Shown: piece after piece, positions 8,428 to 17,008 of the stretch
How the letters are laid out: each line of letters starts with the position of its first letter
How positions within the stretch are numbered: the first letter of the stretch is position 1
Virus record (IMG/VR): IMGVR_UViG_3300017917_004222
Location: 64,001 to 128,000 of that record
Length of the DNA: 64,000 bases
Strand: one strand, 5' to 3'
DNA from: a virus
Program-made: the position numbers and the translations under genes
Notes under the pieces: generated by a model
Database searches by the model: none
Seen by the model: only the letters and a program-made list of their open reading frames with translations
Told to the model about the DNA's origin: nothing

Positions 8428-10236
8428 ATGGCTGACAAGAAGAATGCCTCATGGCGCAAGTATTTCAAGGTCGCTGACACCTCAGGTGTGATGAGCCCAA
8501 TTTCGGGCAGTAACCAATATGGCCTTCCGGGCTATGGCAAAAACGACGGATCTGGCTCAACCACAGCTGATTTTACTTTCAAGAACTATGCCAGCCGCTT
8601 GCCTGAAGTGTATTCGGGCCACCCCAACCGTGTGGAGCGTTACAACCAGTACGAAAACATGGACATGGATTCGGAAATCAACGCCTGCTTGGACATCATT
8701 GCTGAATTCAGCACACAGATGAACCTGGACAACGGCACACCGTTTGAGGTCGAGTACACTGACAAGCCCACTGATCACGAAGTCAACATCATACGCAAAC
8801 AGTTGCAACAGTGGGTCAAGCTCAACCAGTTGGATCAGCGCATATTCAAACTGTTCCGCAACACCATCAAGTATGGCGATCAAGTGTTTGTTCGTGACCC
8901 CGAAACATTTGAAATGTACTGGGTGGACATGAGCAAGGTCATGCGTGTGATCGTTAACGAAAGCGAAGGCAAACGTCCCGAACAGTATGTGATTCGAGAC
9001 ATCAACCCCAATTTTCAAAGCCTCAGCATAGCGCAGAAAACCACCACGGACTACATGACCAATCCAGTTACTGGTACTATTTCGGGGTCAGCAAACTACA
9101 CCATGCCCAACGGCGGTGTTGGCGGCGGGGTAGGCAATTCACGCTTTATGACTGCCATGAACGAGACTTGCATTGACGCCAAGCATGTGGTGCACCTGAG
9201 TCTCAACGAGGGCTTGGATGTGTTTTGGCCGTTTGGTCGCAGTGTGTTGGAACAGATTTACAAGGTTTTCAAGCAGAAAGAACTGCTGGAAGACGCTATC
9301 TTGATCTATCGTGTGAGTCGTGCTCCGGAACGCAGAGTGTTCAAAATTGACGTGGGCAACATGCCTAGCCACTTGGCTATGGCGTTTGTGGAACGTGTCA
9401 AAAACGAGATGCATCAGCGTCGTATCCCCACTGTGGCCGGTGGCGGACAGAACATGATGGATGCCAGCTACAACCCGCTCAGCATCAACGAAGACTACTT
9501 CTTCCCCCAAGGTCAAGACGGCCGTGGATCTAGTGTTGATGTGCTGCCTGCTGGCGCAAACCTAGGCGAAATCGACGACCTCAAGTACTTCAACAACAAA
9601 ATGGCCCGTGGTCTGCGTGTGCCCTCCAGCTATCTGCCCACTGGTCCGGATGACTCAGATCGCAGTCTCAGCGATGGCAAAGTGGGCACAGCCCTGATTC
9701 AAGAGTATCGTTTCAACCAATACTGCGAGCGTTTGCAAGGACACATTGCACAGAAGTTGGACGACGAATTCAAGATGTTCTTGAAGTGGCGCGGTTTCAA
9801 TATTGATTCCAGCCTGTTCAACATCAAGTTTGCACCACCACAGAACTTTGCCAGCTATCGCCAGGCCGAGCTAGACACCACACGAATTCAAGCATTCAGC
9901 AGCCTTGAAGCACTGCCCTACATGAGCAAGCGTTTCTTGATGGAACGATTCCTGGGCTTGAGCGAGGACGAGATTAGAAAGAACGAAGAAATGTGGCGTG
10001 AAGAGCGAGATCAGCCCGAAGTGCAAACCACATCTGGACAAGATCTTCGCAGTATCGGTATCACCCCAGGCGGTATTGAATCTGACCTTGACATGGGTCA
10101 AGAAATGGCTGGCCTGGAGCAAGCTGGTGCCATGCCCGGTGCTGCGCCTGGCGCCATGCCCGGTGCTGCTCCTGGTGGCGCGCCTGGTGGAGTTTTGCCA
10201 GCATCGGGAACACCGCCAGCACCAGGTTCGGTATAA
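8428..10236 (+). CDS. gp20: Portal protein
   Basis: LLEDAILIYRVSRAPERRVFKIDVGNMP, EDYFFP, LRVPSSYL; first gene of the head module. Confidence 0.95.
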   Translation: MADKKNASWRKYFKVADTSGVMSPISGSNQYGLPGYGKNDGSGSTTADFTFKNYASRLPEVYSGHPNRVERYNQYENMDMDSEINACLDIIAEFSTQMNLDNGTPFEVEYTDKPTDHEVNIIRKQLQQWVKLNQLDQRIFKLFRNTIKYGDQVFVRDPETFEMYWVDMSKVMRVIVNESEGKRPEQYVIRDINPNFQSLSIAQKTTTDYMTNPVTGTISGSANYTMPNGGVGGGVGNSRFMTAMNETCIDAKHVVHLSLNEGLDVFWPFGRSVLEQIYKVFKQKELLEDAILIYRVSRAPERRVFKIDVGNMPSHLAMAFVERVKNEMHQRRIPTVAGGGQNMMDASYNPLSINEDYFFPQGQDGRGSSVDVLPAGANLGEIDDLKYFNNKMARGLRVPSSYLPTGPDDSDRSLSDGKVGTALIQEYRFNQYCERLQGHIAQKLDDEFKMFLKWRGFNIDSSLFNIKFAPPQNFASYRQAELDTTRIQAFSSLEALPYMSKRFLMERFLGLSEDEIRKNEEMWREERDQPEVQTTSGQDLRSIGITPGGIESDLDMGQEMAGLEQAGAMPGAAPGAMPGAAPGGAPGGVLPASGTPPAPGSV

Positions 10237-10239
10237 ATA
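10232..10239 (+). promoter_or_regulatory. T4-type late promoter TATAAATA
   Basis: Exact consensus, 5 nt before ATG 10245. Confidence 0.8.
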
Positions 10240-10244
10240 TCAAC

Positions 10245-10478
10245 ATGCTGCTAAACGAATTTTCCAACTCTGGCGCCATCAGCAAAGAGCCCGATGCTTA
10301 CCAGGATCTTGCTGATGACAACAGCCAAGTCAAACTCAGTGACCTGAGAAAGACGCGCCTTACCCTGCGGCAACTGAACAAACTTCGCAAAATGAACGAC
10401 GTGCGGTCGGTGGAATACAAGGAAAAACTGAAACTGTTGCGTCAACAGTATGCACCGCCTGCTGCCCCAATGATGTAA
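10245..10478 (+). CDS. Small head-module protein
   Basis: Between portal and core genes; RKTRLTLRQLNKLRKM. Confidence 0.7.
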   Translation: MLLNEFSNSGAISKEPDAYQDLADDNSQVKLSDLRKTRLTLRQLNKLRKMNDVRSVEYKEKLKLLRQQYAPPAAPMM

Positions 10479-10501
10479 AAATCGCAATTTATCGCAAATT
10501 T

Positions 10502-10526
10502 GACGCTGTAATCCGCGTCTTTTTTT
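10502..10526 (+). terminator. Intrinsic terminator
   Basis: gacgc/gcgtc stem followed by T7. Confidence 0.55.
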
Positions 10527-10574
10527 GCTGCGATGTAAATATCAGTACACTTTACCTAACAGGAGTTTCCCCTT

Positions 10575-11354
10575 ATGAACAAATTTGAACAGTTGATTGA
10601 ATACGTGATCAACGATGAAGAAAGCAAAGCTCGCGAGCTGTTCCACGAAATCGTGGTTGAAAAGAGTCGTACCATCTACGAAAGTCTCATGGACGATGAA
10701 GACCTCGGCGGCGATGCTGCTGATGACTTGATTGATGAAGTTGAGTCTGAAGAAGAGTCCGACATCAACATGGAAGCCGAAGGCGACGAAGAGATCGATG
10801 ATGAAGAAATCGACATCGACATGGGCGACGACCTAGGCGATGACATGGGCGACGACCTAGGCGATGACCACCACGACGATGTGGGCGGTGACGAAGAGCT
10901 CGAAGACCGCGTGATGGACCTGGAAGACAAGCTGGACGAACTCATGGCCGAATTTGAAGAACTCATGGGCGACGAAGGTGGCGACATGGGCGACGGCGAT
11001 GACTTTGGCGATGACGAAGGCGGCGATGCCATTGAAATGGACGACACCGAAGAAATGGAGCCCATGGCTGAAGCCATCAGTCTCAAGGCCGCTCCCAAGC
11101 CAGTGACATCTGAACAAGGTGACGGAAAGGCAGGACCTGTTGCATTCAACAGCGGCGCTGCTGGTATGGCAGCCAAGCCTGTGCACCCAACTGGCACTGA
11201 AGCACAAGGCCGTGCAGCCCCCACAACCAAGGATCTGATTGGTGACTTCCAGAACAAAGCTGGCGCCAGCATGAAAGATCAAAAAGCGGCTCCCAAGCCA
11301 ACAACTGGTCAGGCCAGCGGCGTTAACACCCGCACACCTTTCCCGAAGGGTTAA
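10575..11354 (+). CDS. Highly acidic prohead core protein (gp67/gp68 position)
   Basis: Asp/Glu-rich; immediately upstream of the protease; SD AGGAG. Confidence 0.65.
   Translation: MNKFEQLIEYVINDEESKARELFHEIVVEKSRTIYESLMDDEDLGGDAADDLIDEVESEEESDINMEAEGDEEIDDEEIDIDMGDDLGDDMGDDLGDDHHDDVGGDEELEDRVMDLEDKLDELMAEFEELMGDEGGDMGDGDDFGDDEGGDAIEMDDTEEMEPMAEAISLKAAPKPVTSEQGDGKAGPVAFNSGAAGMAAKPVHPTGTEAQGRAAPTTKDLIGDFQNKAGASMKDQKAAPKPTTGQASGVNTRTPFPKG
10818..10865 (+). repeat. Exact 24-nt tandem duplication (DMGDDLGD x2)
   Basis: gacatgggcgacgacctaggcgat x2. Confidence 0.9.
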
Positions 11355-11358
11355 TTGA

Positions 11359-12000
11359 ATGTCGTCTCGTTACCTAAGAGAAGATCTTACTTTTGTCCAG
11401 GCCAACATTCAGGTTCTTGAGGAATCTGATGCGGCCACCGGCGGTAAGAATCTGTATCTCAAGGGCATTTGCATTGAAGGCGACAAGCGCAATGCAAACG
11501 AGCGAATCTATCCACGCCACGAGATCATCAAGGCAGTTGAAACCATTAACGAACAAATCCGCAATGGCAACTCTGTATTAGGTGAAGTGGACCATCCGGA
11601 TGATCTCAAAATCAACCTTGACCGAGTGTGTCACTCGGTCGAGAGTATGTGGATGGACGGACATGCCGGCTGCGGCAAACTCAAAATATTGCCCACCCCC
11701 ATGGGCAACCTTATCAAAACATTGCTACAATCTGGCGTGAAACTGGGTGTTTCCAGTCGCGGTAGTGGCAACGTGGATGATAGGACCGGACATGTAAGTG
11801 ACTTTGAAATTGTCACTATAGATGTGGTTGCTCAACCCAGCGCCCCCAACGCATACCCAACCGCGGTGTACGAAGGACTCATGAACATGCGACACGGTCA
11901 CCGTGTCCTGGATATGGCTCGTGAAGCTGGTCAAAGTGACAAAGTGCAGAGATACTTGGCCGAGGAAGTAAAACGCCTTATCCGGGATCTCAAAATCTAA
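11359..12000 (+). CDS. gp21: Prohead core protease
   Basis: NANERIYP, LGEVDHP, LGVSSRGSG, DVVAQPSAPNA. Confidence 0.95.
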   Translation: MSSRYLREDLTFVQANIQVLEESDAATGGKNLYLKGICIEGDKRNANERIYPRHEIIKAVETINEQIRNGNSVLGEVDHPDDLKINLDRVCHSVESMWMDGHAGCGKLKILPTPMGNLIKTLLQSGVKLGVSSRGSGNVDDRTGHVSDFEIVTIDVVAQPSAPNAYPTAVYEGLMNMRHGHRVLDMAREAGQSDKVQRYLAEEVKRLIRDLKI

Positions 12001-12012
12001 GGAGAATCAGGA

Positions 12013-13110
12013 ATGTTTGATGCAATCAAACCCTTGCTTGAGAGCGGACTGATCAATGAGGACATCGGAAGAGAACTCAACGAAGCTTGGGAATCAAAAC
12101 TAGGCGAAGCCCGTGAACAAGTGCGTGCCGAACTCCGCGAGGAGTTTGCACAACGCTACGATCATGACAAGAGTGTCATGGTTGAAGCCTTAGATAAAAT
12201 GGTAACTGAAGGTCTGCAGGCAGAACTGCAAGCCTTTGCTGCTGAAAAGCAAGCATTGGCCGAAGATCGCGTGAAGTTCCAAGTCAAGATGAAAGAAAGT
12301 GCCACCAAGTTCAACAACTTCTTGGTCACCAAATTGGCTGAAGAAATCAGCGAGCTGCGCAAAGACCGCAAAGTGCATGCAGAAGGACTAGCCAAGCTAG
12401 AAAACTTCATGGTGCATGCGCTGGCTCGTGAAATTCAAGAATTCGCACAAGACAAGCGTGCAGTGGTGGAAACCAAAGTCCGCCTGGTGCGCGAAGCTCG
12501 TGAAAAACTTGAAACACTCAAGGCTCGCTTTGTAAAAGAAAGTGCTGCCAAGATGAGCCGTGCAGTTAGCCTGCATCTCAAGGCTGAATTGACACAGTTG
12601 CAAGAAGACATCAAGGTTGCTCGTGAGAACAGCTTTGGACGTCGTATCTTTGAAGCTTATGCTGCTGAATTTGGCGCTACTCACCTCAATGAGAAAGCCG
12701 AAGTCAAGAAGCTCTACAACATGTTGGCCGACAAGGACCGTAAATTGTCCGAAGCCATCAAACTCAGCGAGCGTGCGAGAGCCGTGGTTGAGTCCAAAGA
12801 ACGCGAAGTACGCATGCTTAAAGAAAGCAACGAGCGTGAAGCTACCATGCGTGAACTGCTGGCCCCTCTCAACAAGGACAAGGCCGAAGTCATGCGTAAT
12901 TTGCTCGAGAGCGTTCAAACTCCACGTTTGAAGTCAGCTTTTGAAAAGTATCTACCAGCAGTGTTGGAAGATCGTTCTGCAAAAGCCCGCAAAGTGATTG
13001 CAGAATCGGTTACCGAAGTAACTGGTGATAAAACTGTTCCCACCCAGCATGAAGCAGATCGCAATGCATCCAGCAACGTGATTGACCTTAAGCGCCTGGC
13101 CGGGCTATAA
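12013..13110 (+). CDS. gp22: Prohead scaffolding protein
   Basis: Coiled-coil, many [LVI]xE sites, between protease and major capsid protein. Confidence 0.85.
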   Translation: MFDAIKPLLESGLINEDIGRELNEAWESKLGEAREQVRAELREEFAQRYDHDKSVMVEALDKMVTEGLQAELQAFAAEKQALAEDRVKFQVKMKESATKFNNFLVTKLAEEISELRKDRKVHAEGLAKLENFMVHALAREIQEFAQDKRAVVETKVRLVREAREKLETLKARFVKESAAKMSRAVSLHLKAELTQLQEDIKVARENSFGRRIFEAYAAEFGATHLNEKAEVKKLYNMLADKDRKLSEAIKLSERARAVVESKEREVRMLKESNEREATMRELLAPLNKDKAEVMRNLLESVQTPRLKSAFEKYLPAVLEDRSAKARKVIAESVTEVTGDKTVPTQHEADRNASSNVIDLKRLAGL

Positions 13111-13127
13111 TTAAATAGGAGACTCTA

Positions 13128-14324
13128 ATGTCACAAGAACTACTCGAAAGTCGTTGGGATGAAACCAAAGAGGCCCTTCTCGAAGGCCTTAATGGTACCA
13201 AACGCAACAGCATGCGTGTTATCCTCGAGAACACACGCAAGTACCTGAAAGAAAACGCTTCTGCAGGTAGCACCACAGCTGGCAACATTGCCACCCTGAA
13301 CCGCGTGATCCTCCCAGTGATCCGACGTGTGATGCCAACCGTTATTGCTAACGAGTTGGTTGGTGTTCAGCCCATGACTGGTCCTGTTGGACAGATCCAC
13401 ACTCTGCGTGTGCGTTATGCCCAAAGCCTGACCGACACCAGCGCAGCCGCCACCAGCGTCACAGCTGGCCAGGAAGCTCTGAGCCCGTTCACCATCGCTA
13501 CTGCATACAGCACAGTGCCCAAAGACACTGCGTCTACCAACAGCTACACTGGTGGTAACACTGCTGTGATGGAAGGCAACGGCGGCAAGCAGATCTCCGT
13601 GCAGATCCTGAAGCAGGCTGTTGAAGCCAAGACCCGTAAGTTGCAAGCTCGTTGGACCTTTGAATCGGCCCAAGACGCTCAAGCCATGCACGGTATCGAC
13701 GTTGAAGCTGAAATCATGGCCGCTCTGGCTCAGGAAATCACAGCTGAAATTGACCAGGAAATCCTGTTGAGCCTGCGCTCACTGGCTGCTACTGAGTTCA
13801 CATACAACCAGGCTACCGTTAGCGGTACTGCTACTTTCGTTGGTGACGAACACGCCGCTCTGGCAGTTCTGATCAACCGCGTGGCAAACCTGATTGCTCA
13901 GCGTACACGTCGTGGTGCTGGTAACTACGCTGTGGTCAGCTCTGCTGCTCTCACAGTGCTGCAAAGCGCTACCACTTCGGCTTTTGCTCGTACCACTGAA
14001 GGTACTTTCGAAGCTCCTACCAACACCAAGTTTGTTGGTACACTGAACGGCGCAATGCGTGTGTTCGTTGACAGCTATGCCAGCGACACCACTCCTGTGC
14101 TGGTTGGTTACAAGGGCTCCAGCGAAGCTGACGCTCCTGCATTCTACTGCCCATACATCCCCTTGATGAGCAGTGGTGTTGTGTTGGATCCAACCACATT
14201 CGAACCAGTCGTGTCATTTATGACGAGATATGGGTACATCGAGTTGACAAATACTGCAAGTTCGTTCGGTAACGCGGGCGACTACGTGGGCGAAATTGCT
14301 GTTTCGAATTTGAGCTTCAGCTGA
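13128..14324 (+). CDS. gp23: Major capsid protein
   Basis: LVGVQPMTGPVG, TRKLQARWT, EITAEIDQE, FYCPYIPL, FMTRYG. Confidence 0.97.
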   Translation: MSQELLESRWDETKEALLEGLNGTKRNSMRVILENTRKYLKENASAGSTTAGNIATLNRVILPVIRRVMPTVIANELVGVQPMTGPVGQIHTLRVRYAQSLTDTSAAATSVTAGQEALSPFTIATAYSTVPKDTASTNSYTGGNTAVMEGNGGKQISVQILKQAVEAKTRKLQARWTFESAQDAQAMHGIDVEAEIMAALAQEITAEIDQEILLSLRSLAATEFTYNQATVSGTATFVGDEHAALAVLINRVANLIAQRTRRGAGNYAVVSSAALTVLQSATTSAFARTTEGTFEAPTNTKFVGTLNGAMRVFVDSYASDTTPVLVGYKGSSEADAPAFYCPYIPLMSSGVVLDPTTFEPVVSFMTRYGYIELTNTASSFGNAGDYVGEIAVSNLSFS

Positions 14325-14350
14325 TCTTCGATTGGTATTTTACCAACTCA

Positions 14351-14376
14351 GAAAAAGGGCCACAAGGCCCTTTTTC
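14351..14376 (+). terminator. Bidirectional intrinsic terminator after the capsid gene
   Basis: gaaaaagggcc-acaa-ggccctttttc. Confidence 0.85.
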
Positions 14377-14377
14377 A

Positions 14378-14406
14378 TTGACTTCTTTTCTGTAATGTGT
14401 TATTGT
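14378..14406 (+). promoter_or_regulatory. Sigma70-like promoter
   Basis: TTGACT-17-TATTGT. Confidence 0.45.
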
Positions 14407-14443
14407 TATAAGGTGAAATCGCAGTGAGAAACTAAATAACAAT

Positions 14444-15208
14444 ATGAAACCTTATACCTATCTAATCAAACATCGTCCTTCGGGCAAAGTCTATTACGGA
14501 TTCCGCTGTGCAAATCGAGTGGAACCGCACGAAGACTTGTGGAAACATTACTTTACCAGTAGCCCTAAAATTCAGCAACTTATAGAAGAAACAGGCGCAG
14601 ACAGCTTTGATACAGAAATACGTCGAGTGTTTGAAACCAAAGAACAAGCTGTGGCTTGGGAAACTCGTGTGCTGACTCGATGCAAAGTTCTACATGACGA
14701 TCGTTGGATCAATCAAAACGTAGCAGGGTATATTGTGCCCACCGAGGAAAGCCGAAAGAAGATCAGCGACTTCCACAAAGACAAACCCAAGAGCGAGGAC
14801 CATAAAGAAAAAATACGCCAAGGCAATCTTGGAAAAAAGAAGCCGCCTCGTAGCGAAGAATATAGAGCTCTGATGTCTACGTTAAAATCAGGAGAGAATA
14901 ATCCAAGGTACGGCAAAGAAGTATCAGAGGAAACTCGACGTCGAATCAGCGAAGCCAAGAAGGGCAAACAGGTAGCACATAACAAAGGACAGGCTATGAG
15001 TGAAGAACAAAAAGCCAAGATACGTGCCGCCAAAGCTGCTAACCCTGTCAAGATGAGTGCAGAATCAATTCAAGCAAGAGCTGATAAACTACGAGGACAA
15101 CGTCGACCCAAGCTGCACTGTGGTCACTGTGGTAGAGACATTGCAGCAGGCTGGTTTCACCGGCACGGTGATCAGTGCAAACACCGCGGCAGTAGCGCCC
15201 AGGACTGA
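14444..15208 (+). CDS. GIY-YIG (Seg-like) homing endonuclease with NUMOD3 repeats
   Basis: YTYLIKHRPSGKVYYG, YFTSS; repeated SEE..RKIS motifs; C-terminal CGHC. Confidence 0.85.
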   Translation: MKPYTYLIKHRPSGKVYYGFRCANRVEPHEDLWKHYFTSSPKIQQLIEETGADSFDTEIRRVFETKEQAVAWETRVLTRCKVLHDDRWINQNVAGYIVPTEESRKKISDFHKDKPKSEDHKEKIRQGNLGKKKPPRSEEYRALMSTLKSGENNPRYGKEVSEETRRRISEAKKGKQVAHNKGQAMSEEQKAKIRAAKAANPVKMSAESIQARADKLRGQRRPKLHCGHCGRDIAAGWFHRHGDQCKHRGSSAQD

Positions 15209-15221
15209 ATCAACCGCCAAC

Positions 15222-15246
15222 AAAAAAGGGCCCGGGGGCCCTTCTT
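15222..15246. terminator. Terminator-like hairpin
   Basis: aaaaaagggccc-gg-gggcccttctt. Confidence 0.6.
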
Positions 15247-15502
15247 GTAACAACCGTCGATGCGTTTGAAATGCATTGGCAGTTGATCAAGTAACTCAAA
15301 ATCGACGGAACATCAGTGCTGGTCAGGCAACGAGTGGCCCTTTGTTTCAATAATATTGTTGTTTAACGACCTTGTTTATTTATTTTCAATCTTGGTTACT
15401 TGGGTACTGCATCAAGTCTCAATATCATGCAGTGTGTGTATTTTACATGTCGCAGTTGGCAGTGTCAATGCATTTTGGATCCAGGCAAAAACACAGTTTG
15501 GA

Positions 15503-15600
15503 CATAAATAATCAGTCCGCAATTGTGCGGCTTATGCTGAGATTAACACCCACAGCGTAGCGGTTAGAACCCGCATCGGGCTTCTTGAAGGAGAAAACAA
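15503..15600 (+). promoter_or_regulatory. Late promoter CATAAATA followed by a structured 5' leader
   Basis: Stems ccgca/tgcgg, tatgctg/cagcgta and gcgg/ccgc, then SD AAGGAG. Confidence 0.5.
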
Positions 15601-16305
15601 ATGGGACGTCCACTCAAAATCAAAAAAACAACCACCGTTGACATCGGTTTCAATCCGTTCAGCGCACTGACCAATCCAATCTATCCTAGCGATCCAACCA
15701 CCTTTGATGGCACAGAATATCTGGGCGTGGTGGGCGGAGCCAACGCAGGTGTGGCCACTGCAGCATATCCAGTGGTCAAGGCTCGTGCCTACATCTCAGG
15801 TGCAGCTGCCGAAGACGATGCCTACATCATCACTCAACGCGGTACAACCAAGTACTTGGTGGCCACAGTGAGCGCTGTTAACGACGAAGACATGGTTGTG
15901 GGCAACACCTACCGTATTCTGTCAGTAGGCACCACCGACTGGGCCGCATGCGGTGCCACCCGCGCCAACGCTGCCGTGGGCGATATTTTCACTGCAACTG
16001 CCGCTGGAGCCGGAACAGGCACTGTGCAGCAGGTGGGAGTTTGTGTGCTGGCCAATCAAGCCGACGGCGCACTCACTGCTGGCAACATGAATATCACATT
16101 CAGCAACGGCGACAGCACTGTTCAACGGATCAGCAAGCTGACCAACAAATTTGCACTGGACTACAGCAATCCTCCGGTGCGCTACTTGGTCAACTTCTTC
16201 AGCGATGAAGGCTACGAAATCAAGTCTGGAACATCTGGCGCCACCAACGTGTCTGGACAACAGAACCAAGTGAGCTTGGCCATTGTAGAGAAGTTTACTT
16301 CTTGA
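15601..16305 (+). CDS. Putative virion structural protein
   Basis: Late promoter and strong SD; Ala/Gly/Thr-rich, beta-type sequence. Confidence 0.6.
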   Translation: MGRPLKIKKTTTVDIGFNPFSALTNPIYPSDPTTFDGTEYLGVVGGANAGVATAAYPVVKARAYISGAAAEDDAYIITQRGTTKYLVATVSAVNDEDMVVGNTYRILSVGTTDWAACGATRANAAVGDIFTATAAGAGTGTVQQVGVCVLANQADGALTAGNMNITFSNGDSTVQRISKLTNKFALDYSNPPVRYLVNFFSDEGYEIKSGTSGATNVSGQQNQVSLAIVEKFTS

Positions 16306-16325
16306 TCATTTGATTGAGCCACACG

Positions 16326-16358
16326 GTCCTCCCAGCTAATTACTGGGAGGACTTTTTT
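16326..16358 (+). terminator. Terminator-like hairpin that also holds the next gene's SD
   Basis: gtcctcccag/ctgggaggac stem plus T6, immediately followed by ATG 16359. Confidence 0.7.
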
Positions 16359-16946
16359 ATGAGCATGGCATTTGTATTGGGCAATGGCGTTAGTCGTCGT
16401 GCAGTTGATCCTGCAGCATTACTGGATTTGGCACCAGTTTACGGCTGCAACGCACTGTATCGGGATTTTGTGCCCACGGCCTTGGTGGCTACAGATCGTC
16501 CCATTGCTGAACAAATACAGAATTCGGGGTACAGTGCCCAGCATCGTTTCCACACTCGCAAGCCTTTGCCTGGTCTGGGTGCACTGGATGTGCCTCGCAA
16601 ATACTATGGATTCAGTTCAGGACCATTGGCTGTGGGCATCGCAGCTGGTGACGGATTTTCGGTGATCTACATGTTGGGGTTTGACATGGGCCCAACTGCA
16701 GTGGGACGATTCAACAACATCTATGCCGACACTGAGTTTTACAAACGCAGCGCTGACCTGCCCACATACACTGGAAACTGGACTCGACAGGTGATCACAC
16801 TGTGCCAGGACTTTTCGCAAACCCAATTCATTCGAGTTCAAGGCGAGACCACAGCAGACATCGCCGAGTTCCGCGGCATACCAAATCTAGCACACCTGCC
16901 CATGCAAGATTTCCAACAGCGCTTGGCCGCACGCCACGGTCTCTAA
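16359..16946 (+). CDS. DUF115/MptE-like (sialyltransferase-fold-like) protein
   Basis: AFVLGNGVSR, YGCNALYRDF, SSGP, IYMLGFDM; start reassigned to the ATG after SD GGAGG. Confidence 0.55.
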   Translation: MSMAFVLGNGVSRRAVDPAALLDLAPVYGCNALYRDFVPTALVATDRPIAEQIQNSGYSAQHRFHTRKPLPGLGALDVPRKYYGFSSGPLAVGIAAGDGFSVIYMLGFDMGPTAVGRFNNIYADTEFYKRSADLPTYTGNWTRQVITLCQDFSQTQFIRVQGETTADIAEFRGIPNLAHLPMQDFQQRLAARHGL

Positions 16947-17008
16947 CCGCAGCCCAAAAGTTTAGTCTGCATCCTTTGATAAATACTCCAGAGGATCCAG
17001 ATTGAACC

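Noticed and set aside
10129-10190. AMPGAAPG repeats at the portal C-terminus
   Set aside because: Ordinary low-complexity tail.
15247-15500. AT-rich gap, possible gene remnant
   Set aside because: No credible ORF, repeat or structure; unresolved.
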